DNA of 64,000 bases from Okamejei kenojei (taxonomy: Eukaryota), in contig CM069155.1 in NCBI GenBank assembly GCA_035221665.1, positions 30,628,001-30,692,000 of the forward strand, written 5' to 3'. Within the stretch, counting starts at the first letter, position 1. Each line of letters opens with the position of its first letter. The notes below the pieces were generated by a model. The model saw only the letters and a program-made list of their open reading frames with translations, ran no database searches and was not told where the DNA came from. Below, piece by piece: positions 54,030 to 64,000 of this stretch. The translations under genes were made by a program, and so were the position numbers.

Positions 54030-54444
54030 ATGAGCATCGTTACATTTATATATTTTTATATGTGGACTTTCTGCACTACCTGGTCACTGCATGTTACTGA
54101 CTTGCTGGTTCACCAGACTCCTAGTCATCTCACAGTGTCTGAAGGAGGAACAGCGGAGCTGAACTGTATCGTTTTAATTGATAAAATCCACGACTTTATA
54201 ATGAATTGGTTTCGTGAATCAAGCAATGCAAGTAATCGGACCTACGTAATTTACATGAACAAATCCAAAGTACTCCGTTCCTTCGGGCTAGAATTTACTA
54301 GGGACCAACACTTATACAGAAGCCAATTATCGATAAATAATCTTCAGCAAGAAGACAGCGGCACATATTACTGTGAATTGATAGCGTTGAATCCACCATC
54401 CCCTCTGGGTTTCGACGGCAACGGAAGCAGATTAATGGTTACAG
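54030..54444 (+). CDS. Receptor B, leader + VJ-type IgSF V exon
   Basis: Same V-set domain as receptor A with 3 substitutions. aaacATG context, donor ACAG|gtagga, four N-glycosylation sequons (NAS, NRT, NKS, NGS). Confidence 0.9.
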
Positions 54445-55788
54445 GTAGGATTATGCAATTATTCATATTTAAATTCAAATTAAATCAATTGAACAACAGC
54501 CTTCAGTTCCTGATCCTAGCAAAACAAACTCGACAGAGATGCCACTGAGCAACAGTAGCGACTCGGGATTTGAGTGGAGGGGGGGGGGGGGGTCTTGTGT
54601 AATAGGGTGTCAGTTGGATTGTTGCACCTGACCATTAATGAGTGCCAGTATTTGGCGTTGTAATGTACCCGAGTGTGGGAAGGTGTAGGTAGGATTGACC
54701 TGGGCCAAAAAACGGGGTCTCGTCGAGGACGAAATGTACTGGCGAACTTTAAACACGAAACATCATTTGCAAAATAAATACAAACGGGTGAGCAACGTCT
54801 CTATGGTAGTTATATTGAATTAGAGTTGGCATCATCTTTTTGATCATTGTTAGAATTCAGAAATATTAAAGCTGCTCTGGTAGTTTTGTGAAAGGGCAAA
54901 GTTTAAAGGTGATGTGAGCGGTGAAAAAAAGTTACAGAGGGCAGTGAGTGCCTGGAACGACGGGAATTGTGCCGGAGGTAGATAAGATAATAGCATTTGG
55001 ATAGGCACATGGATAAGCATGGAAAGGAGGGATATGGATTATGTGCAGGCAAATAAGAGTTGGTGTCATGTTCGGCACATACGTTGTAGGCCGAGGCGCC
55101 TGTTCAAGTCCTGTATTGTCCTGTTTTCTGTACAGTTAACGATGTTGGTGAATGCAGATCAGACCACATCTATATGTCTGTAACTTGGATTGACATGGTT
55201 CCCGACCCGAGATCTTTATCGTGGATGAGAATCTCCAATTCTCTATGAAAATAAAATAGCATTGTTGAACCATTTTGATTTTACTGGAATTGTTGCAGTC
55301 GATGGTTGATTTTCAGAAAGTTTGCACAGTTTATTCAATAAAAGTAATGCAACCGCAAAAGTTAGTAATGGCACAGATCGGGTGATCTTGCCCTATGATA
55401 ATTTTGTACAAAATATTGCAGATGTTGAAAATCTGAAATATGTTGGAAATGTTCAGCTGGTCAGGAAGTAACTTTGGCTAAACTATAAATGTTTCGATTC
55501 ACAATTCACCTGAATTCCATATCTGGCGCCTTGTAAAATATTGTCAACTTCCAGTTCCACGTGAATACTCCGCGCCTTCGGCAGCCAATTTTACATCGAT
55601 GGGAACTAGTTTAAACACTGACGGCCAAATGTGTTTTGGGATATCAGTTGATCATTCTACTTCAGGAAACTCATCTTTCCGCTGTCTTTAAAAAATATAT
55701 AAACTTTAGTCATTTCCATGGAAAGCACTTCCGCCGAGAAGCAAAATTCGGCCGAATATAACGAGAAAAGACTAAACCTCGGCATTTT

Positions 55789-55823
55789 AGTCTGAAGAAG
55801 GGTCTCGACCCGAAACGTCGCCT
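55789..55823 (+). ncRNA. Minimal type I hammerhead ribozyme motif
   Basis: CTGAAGA, stem II GGGTC/GACCC, GAAA, palindromic ACGT, GTC cleavage triplet. Confidence 0.55.
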
Positions 55824-56399
55824 ATCTCCTTCGCTCCTTAGATGCTGCTGCACCCGCTGAGTTTCTCCAGCTTTTTGTGTACCCTCGATTCTCCAGCATC
55901 TGCAGTTCCTTCTTTAACACTTTGTCTACTCCACTGCGATATATCCTCAAGGTATGCCAACTTTGAAGAAGTTCTCCTCCTCCCTACGGAGACAGTTTCA
56001 CAACCTCCTCTCTAACTGCTCCCCCTCTGTGATACCCCCTTCCCTCCAACTCTACGACCACATCCTCACCCAGACTCGATACCACAGCCACATCTGCTTC
56101 CTCGGGGCTTGCCTGCGCCTCCATCTCATACCCCGTGGATTCCAGCTCCAATTCCCTGCGTCCCAGTTCGGACCCCAGCCGGACTATCGGTACCGACTGG
56201 CTATCTCCCGCCACACTGTACAATTCTCCAACCGGGCACTAAGATCCACCCTGGTTGCAATGCGCCGACACCAGCAGGACCTCGCATTGACTCTCCCGAA
56301 ACTTCGGGCCTCACTCACCCAGACCTGCAACGGACCCCAACTACACTACATCCTCCGGAAGATAAAAAAATAAAATAAATTAAAAAAAAAAAAAAAAAC

Positions 56400-56434
56400 A
56401 GTCTGAAGAAGGGTCTCGACCCGAAACGTCGCCT
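56400..56434 (+). ncRNA. Minimal type I hammerhead ribozyme motif (second copy)
   Basis: Identical core CTGAAGAAGGGTCTCGACCCGAAACGTC. Confidence 0.55.
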
Positions 56435-56683
56435 ATCTCCTTCGCTCCTTAGATGCTTCTGCACCCGCTGAGTTTCTCCAGCTTTTTGTGTACCCTCGGC
56501 ATTTTAAGTTTGATTACATGTATAATATTGTAAAGGATCTCAAAACGATGCAGGCGTAGTGGGTCATCTCTCCGCGAGCGCACAATGATACATATTACTC
56601 CCTTGATTTTCATTAAAACGTGCCAATTATAGTTTCCTATCAATATTAACTTCAACATTGATATTTGCACATTTCTTGCAAAG

Positions 56684-56785
56684 GTCCTGTTTACTGCAAA
56701 GAACAACATTCGTGGCTTTATCCGCTGATTTGCCTCCTGGTATTTGTCACTATTTCCATAGCAGTAAGCTGTTGGAAAGTAACAC
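56684..56785 (+). CDS. Receptor B, transmembrane exon (uncharged TM, stalk Cys)
   Basis: ttcttgcaaag|GT…ACAC|gtgagt, 102 nt, phase 1/1. GPVYCKEQHSWLYPLICLLVFVTISIAVSCWKVT. Confidence 0.85.
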
Positions 56786-57797
56786 GTGAGTATTAAGCTT
56801 TCACCGCCAATGTGAGAGGCGTCGCCAATTGTCCGCTGTAAATATCGCATATACTCTGGATCTATAATATTCGTTAACACATTATTAAGGTAAAATTGAC
56901 ATTGTTGGCGATCAATTTCAAAGAGTGAAAATGAATCATCGAAGTGCACAGCAATGAGTACCCGATTTGGCCCATCGTATGTGTACTACAATGTGCTCAA
57001 ATATGGCACCTAAAATGCGTGAAAGTGTGTAACTGTTACAAAGATTTCAAAGTAACAAAAACAAAAACAAAAATAAGTTCTCAGAAAATCTCAGTTTACT
57101 CTATCAGTTCCACCATTTTACTAATCCTAAAACAGACTGTTATAATAATTCCTTTATGTATTCATATCGCAGGACTTACTATCTTCACTCCAATAATCAA
57201 GTAGTTTCCTCCTCTGCAATATTTGCAATATATATAAAATAATCAGATGTTTGTGCTAAAAGGACATAACGTGATGGAAAACTCGGTGGATCAAGCAGCA
57301 TCTCTGGAGAACATGGATAGGTGACGTTTCGGGTGGGGACCCTTCTTCAGGCTGATTGTAGGAGAGGAGGAAGCAGGAAGAGAGGGGAGGCGGGACAAAG
57401 CATTGCAGGCAATCGGTGGAGGCACGGTTTGATATTTGGTAGGAACAAAGGCCGGGGATTAGAATGGAAAATGTTAGAAGAACAGATTGAAGAGTTGCGA
57501 ATTGTGAAGCCAGAGGAAACAATGTACAACGAGGGGGAGGGGGTGGAGAAAAGGTGTGGGACCAGGTGGGGCACAGTGGATGTGTGGGGAAAGAAGGGGG
57601 GTTTAATGTGTTATTACGTTGGATAATTCTATGTTCATAGTGCTCTCCAGAGATGCTGCTTGTCTCGCTGAATTAGTCGAGCAGTTTGTGTCATTTTGTG
57701 TAAAACAGCACCTGTAGTTCCTTGTGATTATATTTGCAGTCTTGACACAATGATAACCTATGACTTGAAATAATGCTTGGGTATTTTGTGTTTCTAG

Positions 57798-57841
57798 AAA
57801 AACGGTTAATGGTGCACAGTGATCCTGCAACAGTACTGGAG
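57798..57841 (+). CDS. Receptor B, cytoplasmic exon 1
   Basis: gtgtttctag|AA…GAG|gtagtg, (Q)KRLMVHSDPATVLE, phase 1/0. Confidence 0.65.
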
Positions 57842-57973
57842 GTAGTGTAACTGCACAATTTACGTCCCTTTACGCACCATATGTTTTGAGTGCAAACAAG
57901 TGACATATACGTTCCAAAAGGTGTTTAATCGTTGTTTGCTTTCACTGTTTCCGTTGTTCTCCATCATTTTTAG

Positions 57974-58069
57974 GAAGATGACACTTTGATTCAAAGTAGT
58001 GTCATGTTCAAGTCAAATTCAAAGTATCCACTTAGAATTCTAATCGCCTGCGCCTGGCGAAGTTCCATG
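57974..58069 (+). CDS. Receptor B, putative cytoplasmic exon 2
   Basis: Strong acceptor ttctccatcatttttag|GAA, EDDTLIQSSVMFKSNSKYPLRILIACAWRSSM. The donor ATG|gtcagc is a guess. Confidence 0.4.
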
Positions 58070-58463
58070 GTCAGCGATAACCTCTGATTAGCTAAAAGGA
58101 AATTGAAAAATCAGACAAACAACTAGACTGGGCAAGCCATATTAGCGACATTAGTATTGGAAAAATAAATGTTGAGGATCTAACGAGGCGATAGAATATA
58201 TTCGCCCTAGCTTTGTGCAAAGAGAAAAGATTAATTGATATTCTGGTAATTAAGGTATTTAGGGGGAAAGCAGTGATAAAATGCTAGAAATTTACATGCG
58301 GATTGAAAATAATTGTTGAATTTGAAATCATGATATTATATCTAAACAAAGCAAACTGCGAAGGTATGAGTTGTAACTTTTCCCTCATAGAATGTGGACA
58401 ATATATCCTGATTCAACATGTAGTTACTTAGTTTCGTGAAATTATCTCTCTTGTTTCCCAAAG

Positions 58464-58856
58464 GATATTTCAGGACCTGGTATATATACGAATACGTCTT
58501 CTACAACACCGGCGGAAACCCGTCAGATTGCAGATTCGCAGGTCGTTTATTCTGATCTTGTGATAGCAAAGGACACTAATACTTCTACAGAGCAGGTACG
58601 CTGTAAAAACAAAACCAAAAAAGTGCATTTCGAGCTACATGACAATGTATTCGGACAGACATCCAACTACACAGGCTTTACTGGAAAACATACAATTAAA
58701 GATAATTGTCCTAAGGGAAGTCCAAGTCCAAGTCAATGGCACCATTCAAGAGAGCAGCTGCCTCGCGGCTCCAGCAACCCCGGTGCAACTGCAGAAGGGT
58801 CTCGCCGCGAAACGTCACCTATTCCTTCTCTCCAGAGATGTTGCCCGTCCCGCTGA
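58464..58856 (+). CDS. Receptor B, last cytoplasmic exon with ITIM
   Basis: Acceptor ctctcttgtttcccaaag|GAT (phase 0), then 130 open codons DISGPGIYTNTSS…QVVYSDLVIAK…CCPSR*. ITIM VVYSDL at 58542-58559. Confidence 0.75.
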   Translation, partial: DISGPGIYTNTSSTTPAETRQIADSQVVYSDLVIAKDTNTSTEQVRCKNKTKKVHFELHDNVFGQTSNYTGFTGKHTIKDNCPKGSPSPSQWHHSREQLPRGSSNPGATAEGSRRETSPIPSLQRCCPSR

Positions 58857-61039
58857 GTTACTCCAGGTTTTTGTGTCTATCTCCTGTGCAACACTACTGT
58901 CCACGCTGTAGGTGATGACTTTTCCCCATTCTCCCCATGAAGTCACGGGATTGCCCCAGGTGCTCCCCCCCTCCCCCCCCCCCCAAATCCCAAGGATTAA
59001 CTGGCCGCTGTAGATTCCCCCCAGTTTGCAGGTGAGTGGTAGAACCTGGGAGGGAGGGAGGGATGATGATTGGAATGTGGGAGAATATGCCACAGAGAAA
59101 TAGGCGATGGAATGGGATTTCTCCGTGAGCCCCCATCTTTTCGATGAACTGAAAAATGTCGTTGTGAAATATGATATATAATGATTGAGAAAAGGGCAGG
59201 CCAATTTTAAAGCGGACTGACCTAAAGTTAACATTGTTTGAAAACATGCTTACCGCAACATTACAGGTTAAAGTCACGTAAATTTACTGCAAATTGTAAT
59301 GACTAATATAATAAATGTTCGCTAAATACAGTATACGGCAAAATCTACGTTTTCTATATTTGCAGGTGCAATATTCACTTCTGAAAATTTGCAAAGCCAG
59401 CCCCCAAACACAGAGTTGCGATGGAGAGCAAGTACCTGTCATTTACTCCCAGCTGCAGCTTAAATGAAAAATCTAGGCTAGTTGTGACAACCTGCATCCA
59501 GTAACTGTAAATCACAGTCACTGTGACTGTTGGTCACTGTCTCCGACACAACTTTCACCACCGAAGCAAAATAGTATGGATGCCGAAATCCGCAGTTAGA
59601 AATCGCTGATTAGGTAGGACATGCGGGTTAAGAAATGGAACCTCGCTGTCAGTTACCTTTGCTGTGCGCCGTCATTTTATTCAGTGCATCCTCAGCCAAT
59701 CTCTGCGAATATGTTGCTGTTTCCCGTCGCCGTTATTTTGATCTGTAATTCTTAAATCTGCCTTGATTTAAGTCCTGATAAAAGATCAAACGATTCAAAT
59801 GAAATTGTGTCTCATTCTGCAAATATTGTGATTGACTTGAACATGTCCAGTATTTTCTGTTATTTTTTAATAAATCGGTAACGAAGCTGACACTGCTATG
59901 GCAAACCACTGATCACAGTTTGCACGACCAGTTCTCAGCGACATGACTGGCGCTGGAACAAACATCTGAGGACTTCTATCGACTGTGGCCGCGCTTCTGC
60001 ACGGAGGCATTGCTGTCTTGTAATTGACCCCATGGCTTCACGTTAACTTGGCCCGAATAACAGAGCAACAACATTAGTGTAAATTAAACATCACCTTGCC
60101 CTTCGGAGAGTAAGCTCTGAGCTGACGCTAAAGTTGAGCTCCCAACTGACAGATAATCTATTTTAAAAAAATACACCTGCGGATGCTGCAAATCTGAAAC
60201 ACAAACAGAATCTCCTGCCGAGGGGAAAAAAACAAAAGGTCAAGTAAGGTCTGTAGAAAGAAAAATCTTCCGCGTTTGCGATCCTTCGCCAGAACTGGGG
60301 AAGAGAGTGATGCAAGTTAGTTTTCACTAGAAGAGCAGCCGGGGGAATGGGGAGTAGGAGGGTCCAGACCCGAAACATCACCCATCCTTTATCTCCAGAG
60401 ATGCTGCTTGACCCGCTTAATGCAGCAGGAGGACAGCCAGTCCTTCTGAAGGCTGGTCTGGAACTCCAAAGATCATATAGCGATAGGATCCTCCGCTATA
60501 AGATCTTTGGTCGACCCCCCGCCTTAAATGGTAAAACGAAAGGGCGCGTACCAGTGCCATCCTCTCCTGATGACTGACCCACACATCCACCAACGTTACA
60601 GTTTTAGCCTCAGCAGGACCAACAACCCGAGACAGAAATGCGCCGGCACCTACTGAGACAGATGAAGCCCAACAAGCCGCGACTCCTCCTTCGCCGTGAA
60701 ACTGCTGCAGGTTCACCGCCAGTTTGATCACTATTCGCGTTTCCACCACTCCTAGCTTTTCAGACGCTGATGCCCTCCGCTTGCATTCACATTAACACCA
60801 CACTCTCACCCGGGCACGCCTGCAGAAAGGAACATTCAAGGAGTAATTTAAGTGTTGATGCATAGTCAGCCTCTATGTTGTTTGCGTGCAGACTGCAGCG
60901 TCTGGGTGCATCATCCACCGTTATTACAGGCCACAAAACTGCCCACACAGTCTACCGCGCAACGCCTACGAATGGTTTCTCGCTGGTAGACAAAAATGAT
61001 GGTACCACCCTTAGTCAGGCAGATGGTACCACCTATCAC

Positions 61040-61785
61040 CCTATCAAATTGGGAAAAGGGGAAGTACAACGGGATCTGAATGTCCTTGTTCATCAATCAA
61101 TGAAAGTAAGCATGTAGGTACAGCAGGCAGTGAAGAAAGTGAATGGCATTTTGGCCTTCATAACAAGAGGAGTTGAGTATAGGAGCAAAGAGGTCCGTCT
61201 GCAGTTGTACAGGGCCCTAGTGAGACCACACCTGGAGTATTGTGTGCAGTTTTGGTCCCCTAATTTGAGGAAGGTCATTCTTGCTATTGAGGGCGTGCAG
61301 CATAGGTTTACAAGGTTAATTCCCGGGATGGCGGGACTGTCATATGCTGAGAGAATGGAGCGGCTTGGTTTGTATACTCTGGAATTTAAAAGGATGAGGT
61401 GGGATCTTATTGAAACATATAAGATTATTAAGGGTTTGGACACGCTAGAGGCAGGAAACAGGTTCCAGATGTTGGGGAGTCCAGAACCAGGGGCCACAGT
61501 TTAAGGATAAGGGGTAAGGCAATTAGAACGGAGATTAGGAACCACTTTTTCACACAGAGAGCTGTGAGTCTGTGGAATTCTCTGCCTCAGAGGGCGGTGG
61601 AGGCCGGTTCTCTGGATACTTTCAAGAGAGAGCTGCATAGGGCTCTTAAAGATAGCGGAGTCAGGAGATATAGGGAGAAGGCAGAAACGGGGTACTGATG
61701 GTGGATGATCAGCCATGATCACATTGAATGGTGGTGCTGGCTCGAAGGGCCGAATGGCCTACTCCTGCACCTATTGTCTCTTGTC
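61040..61785 (+). mobile_element. CR1 LINE 3' fragment
   Basis: KLGKGEVQRDL…RPHLEYCVQFWSP…LGLYTLEF, with the CR1 3' end gaagggccgaatggcctactcctgcacct. Confidence 0.92.
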
Positions 61786-62669
61786 AGCATCATCTATTTT
61801 CACCTGATTCAACTTACTCTTCTCCACCAAAATGTCAGCTGTGGATATGTTTACTGATTACTCTGCAATGTTCAGTTTCATTCACAGCTTGTCAGAAAAT
61901 ATAAAATACTGTTCCCATATGTGGCAAGAGCTTAACAGCTTTCAGGTTTACACAGACAAGTGTTCATGTCATAGCAGTACTAGTCTGTAACCAAATCCAC
62001 CAACAGAGATTCTAATCACCACTCCTCCAAATTTATTTCCTGTATCATTGCTTAGCTCACTTCGCCCCCATCATAAAATTTCCTGTCTGTCACCATTTAT
62101 AAGTAAAATAAGCTATTCTCAGTAAAACAATGTAGCTGCTTCTGGATTGTTATGTAGAACATAGGCTGGGTATGCTGTGGGAAGTAACTTATCTGCTGAC
62201 TCATCAAAACATTCACATCATATACAAATCGCAAAATTCACATCATATACAGACCGCTATGTGATCTGTTATGTTTTTCCATTGCTGATGAGTCTAACTC
62301 CATGAGATCTGAAGAAGATGAAAACCATCTAGCACAATGCAACTAAACTGACTAGAAGCCTAGCCACCACTTTAAATATTGACTAATTTTAGCCAATAGT
62401 GCATAATGGCTGAGGTGAGTGCAGTCTACAAAACAGATGTCAACATGTTGCCAACATCTAAAAACATACCAACGTTCAAATTGGGAGCATAGGTAGGAAA
62501 AGGGTGTGACCTGGAACAGTGATTATAGGGAGTTTGGCAAAAGGTTAATAAGGACCTCGAGACCGGTAATCTCCAGATTACTCTCAGTGCCAAATGCTAG
62601 TGAGCACAGGAATAGGTAGGATGGATGAATACATGGCTGACGATTTGGTGCTGGGGCAAGGATTCAGAA

Positions 62670-63240
62670 CCTCTGCCGCACCTGGAAGGACTGCTGGGGT
62701 CCCTGAATAGACTCGAGGGAAAAGCTATCGAGACAGGTGAAACATCTCCTGTAGTTGCAGGAGAAAGTACGTGAGTAGCGGATGGTTTGGGTGGGAAGGG
62801 ATAAGGGAACCACGGAGTTGTAGTGTTCTCTACAAAAAGTGAAAGGGGTGGGAATGGGGAAAATGTGACTGGTATTGGGATTACATTGAAGGTGGCGTAA
62901 TTGTCGGAGAATATAATGTTAGATGCGGATGCTCATGGGGTGAAAGGTAAGCACCTGTGGAACTCTATCCTTGTTCTGTCTGTGGAGAGGGGGATGAGAG
63001 CAGAACTACAGGACACAGGTGAGATGCGGTTGGGTTTTTCATCTACTACAACAGTGGAGAATCCATGTTTACTACAAAACAGGACATCTCAGATGCCCTG
63101 AATGGAAAGCATCACCTTGTGAGCAGATGCAGCAGAGACAGTTAGGCACATTGAAAGAAGGAATGGCACCTTTGCAAGATTCAGGGTGGGAGGAGTGTAA
63201 TCGAAATAACTGTGTGAGTTGGTGGGTTTATAGTAGATCT
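62670..63240 (-). mobile_element. Degenerate Penelope-like internal fragment
   Basis: Similar in wording to the 9050-9420 and 27335-27690 segments (ggtgggaatgggga…ggattacattgaaggtggcgtaa). Family assigned by recognition only. Confidence 0.35.
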
Positions 63241-63459
63241 CACATTTTTTGTCTTTTCATATCCGGCATTTGTCCAGAGATTGAACAGTATACAATTGCA
63301 TCCCAATGTAGATTCAGGAATTAAAATGTTAGTCTGATTATTGAAAGGTATCAAAATGAGTTAAGCTGATAAATATAATTTTGTGTACATAAATACAAGA
63401 CCGTCTAGTTCAAACCTCCAATAATGTTTAAGAAGGAACTGCAGATGCTGGAAAATCGA

Positions 63460-63900
63460 AAAGCGGAAAAGGCTACAAAAAGTTGTAAACACTGCCCAGT
63501 CCATCATCGGCTCTGACCTCCCTACCATCGAAGGGATCTATTGCAGTTGCTGCCTAAAAAAGGCTTCCAGCATCGTCAACTACCCACGCCATCCTGGCCA
63601 CACACTCATCTCTCCACTTGCCTTCAGGTAGAAGGTACAGGAGCCTGAAATCTGCAACATCCAGGTTCAGGAGCAGCTTCTTCCCCACAGCCATCAGACT
63701 ATTAAACACAACTTCAAACAAACTCTGAACAGTCTATTGCACTATCTGTTAATTTATGTGTGTATATATATATTCTATGGTATATGGACGCACTGATCTG
63801 ATCTGTATTTATGCCTACAATATTCAGTTGTGCTGCAGAAAGCATGAATTTCATTGTCCTACCTGGGACACATGACAATAAACTCTCTTGACTTGACTTG
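63460..63900 (+). mobile_element. Rex1/Babar-clade LINE 3' end
   Basis: Homologous to 7265-7720. AATAAA followed by a (CTTGA)n tail. Confidence 0.88.
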
Positions 63901-64000
63901 CCTCCCACCCCTCGATTCACCCCAGTCTCTCTTTTGCATCTTCAAACACTGCCTGGAGCAAATTTGAGGTTTAAATATTCATTGGTTGTATTAAATCAAT

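Larger units (their letters stand above)
55789..56505 (+). mobile_element. Penelope-like element fragment with direct pseudo-LTRs
   Basis: ~100-bp direct repeats (55789-55888, 56400-56498) flank a truncated ORF N-terminus (HICFLGACLRLHLIPRGFQL) and an A-rich tract. CCTCGGCATTTT is duplicated (55777-55788, 56494-56505). The site is empty in the paralog (~47950). Confidence 0.8.
53394..60680. repeat. Right arm of the inverted duplication
   Basis: Reverse complement of the left arm. Inner boundary caccgggatcagaagg at 53395. Confidence 0.9.

Noticed and set aside
56449-56949. 166-aa minus-strand ORF
   Set aside because: Antisense to the B TM exon, and interrupted by a stop and a deletion in the paralogous arm.
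57986-58003. LIQSSV as a decayed ITIM (LxYxxV)
   Set aside because: No tyrosine in either paralog, and CAA is two changes from a Tyr codon. Cannot be supported without outgroups.
58290-58363. Extra exon ending at gcgaag|gtatga
   Set aside because: Good donor, but no convincing acceptor or phase assignment without cDNA.
54030-58856. Naming the receptors PDCD1, NCR3 or CD28, or calling them TCR/Ig V segments
   Set aside because: No ITSM (TxYxxV/I), no MYPPPY/YMNM, no RSS and no C domain. Similarity is motif-level only, so no symbol was assigned.
59513-59548. cacagtcactgtg…cactgt as a RAG signal joint
   Set aside because: Not a head-to-head CACTGTG/CACAGTG fusion and no nonamers; just a short hairpin.

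Overview
Eukaryotic genomic DNA from a cartilaginous fish, probably a skate or ray. This is inferred from the cluster-type germline-joined Ig light-chain genes and the CR1/Rex1/V-SINE/Penelope repeats. A 500-N scaffold gap (35392-35891) splits the window, and both gap-adjacent contig ends are error-rich. LEFT: a tandem duplication with a period of about 18.2 kb (position 1 matches 18225). Each unit carries one minus-strand lambda-like (type II) IgL cluster: octamer promoter, leader, germline-joined VJ exon and C exon. Copy 1 is intact. Copy 2 has an intact C exon but an indel-ridden VJ exon, possibly from consensus errors. RIGHT: a large inverted duplication with two head-to-head genes for a single-V-domain (VJ-type, GxG) type I membrane receptor, reconstructed exon by exon from splice sites. 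Their leader+V exons differ at only 3 of 415 nt, while their TM exons differ at 12 of 102 nt. The plus-strand gene has an uncharged TM and a tail exon with a canonical ITIM (VVYSDL). The minus-strand gene has an Arg at the start of its TM and has lost the ITIM exon in a 652-bp deletion. Together this looks like an activating/inhibitory paired-receptor system kept alike by gene conversion. A noisy third copy of the ITIM exon lies just after the gap. Other elements include a full-length DIRS retrotransposon in the left arm and a Penelope-type insertion with two minimal hammerhead-ribozyme cores in an intron of the inhibitory gene.
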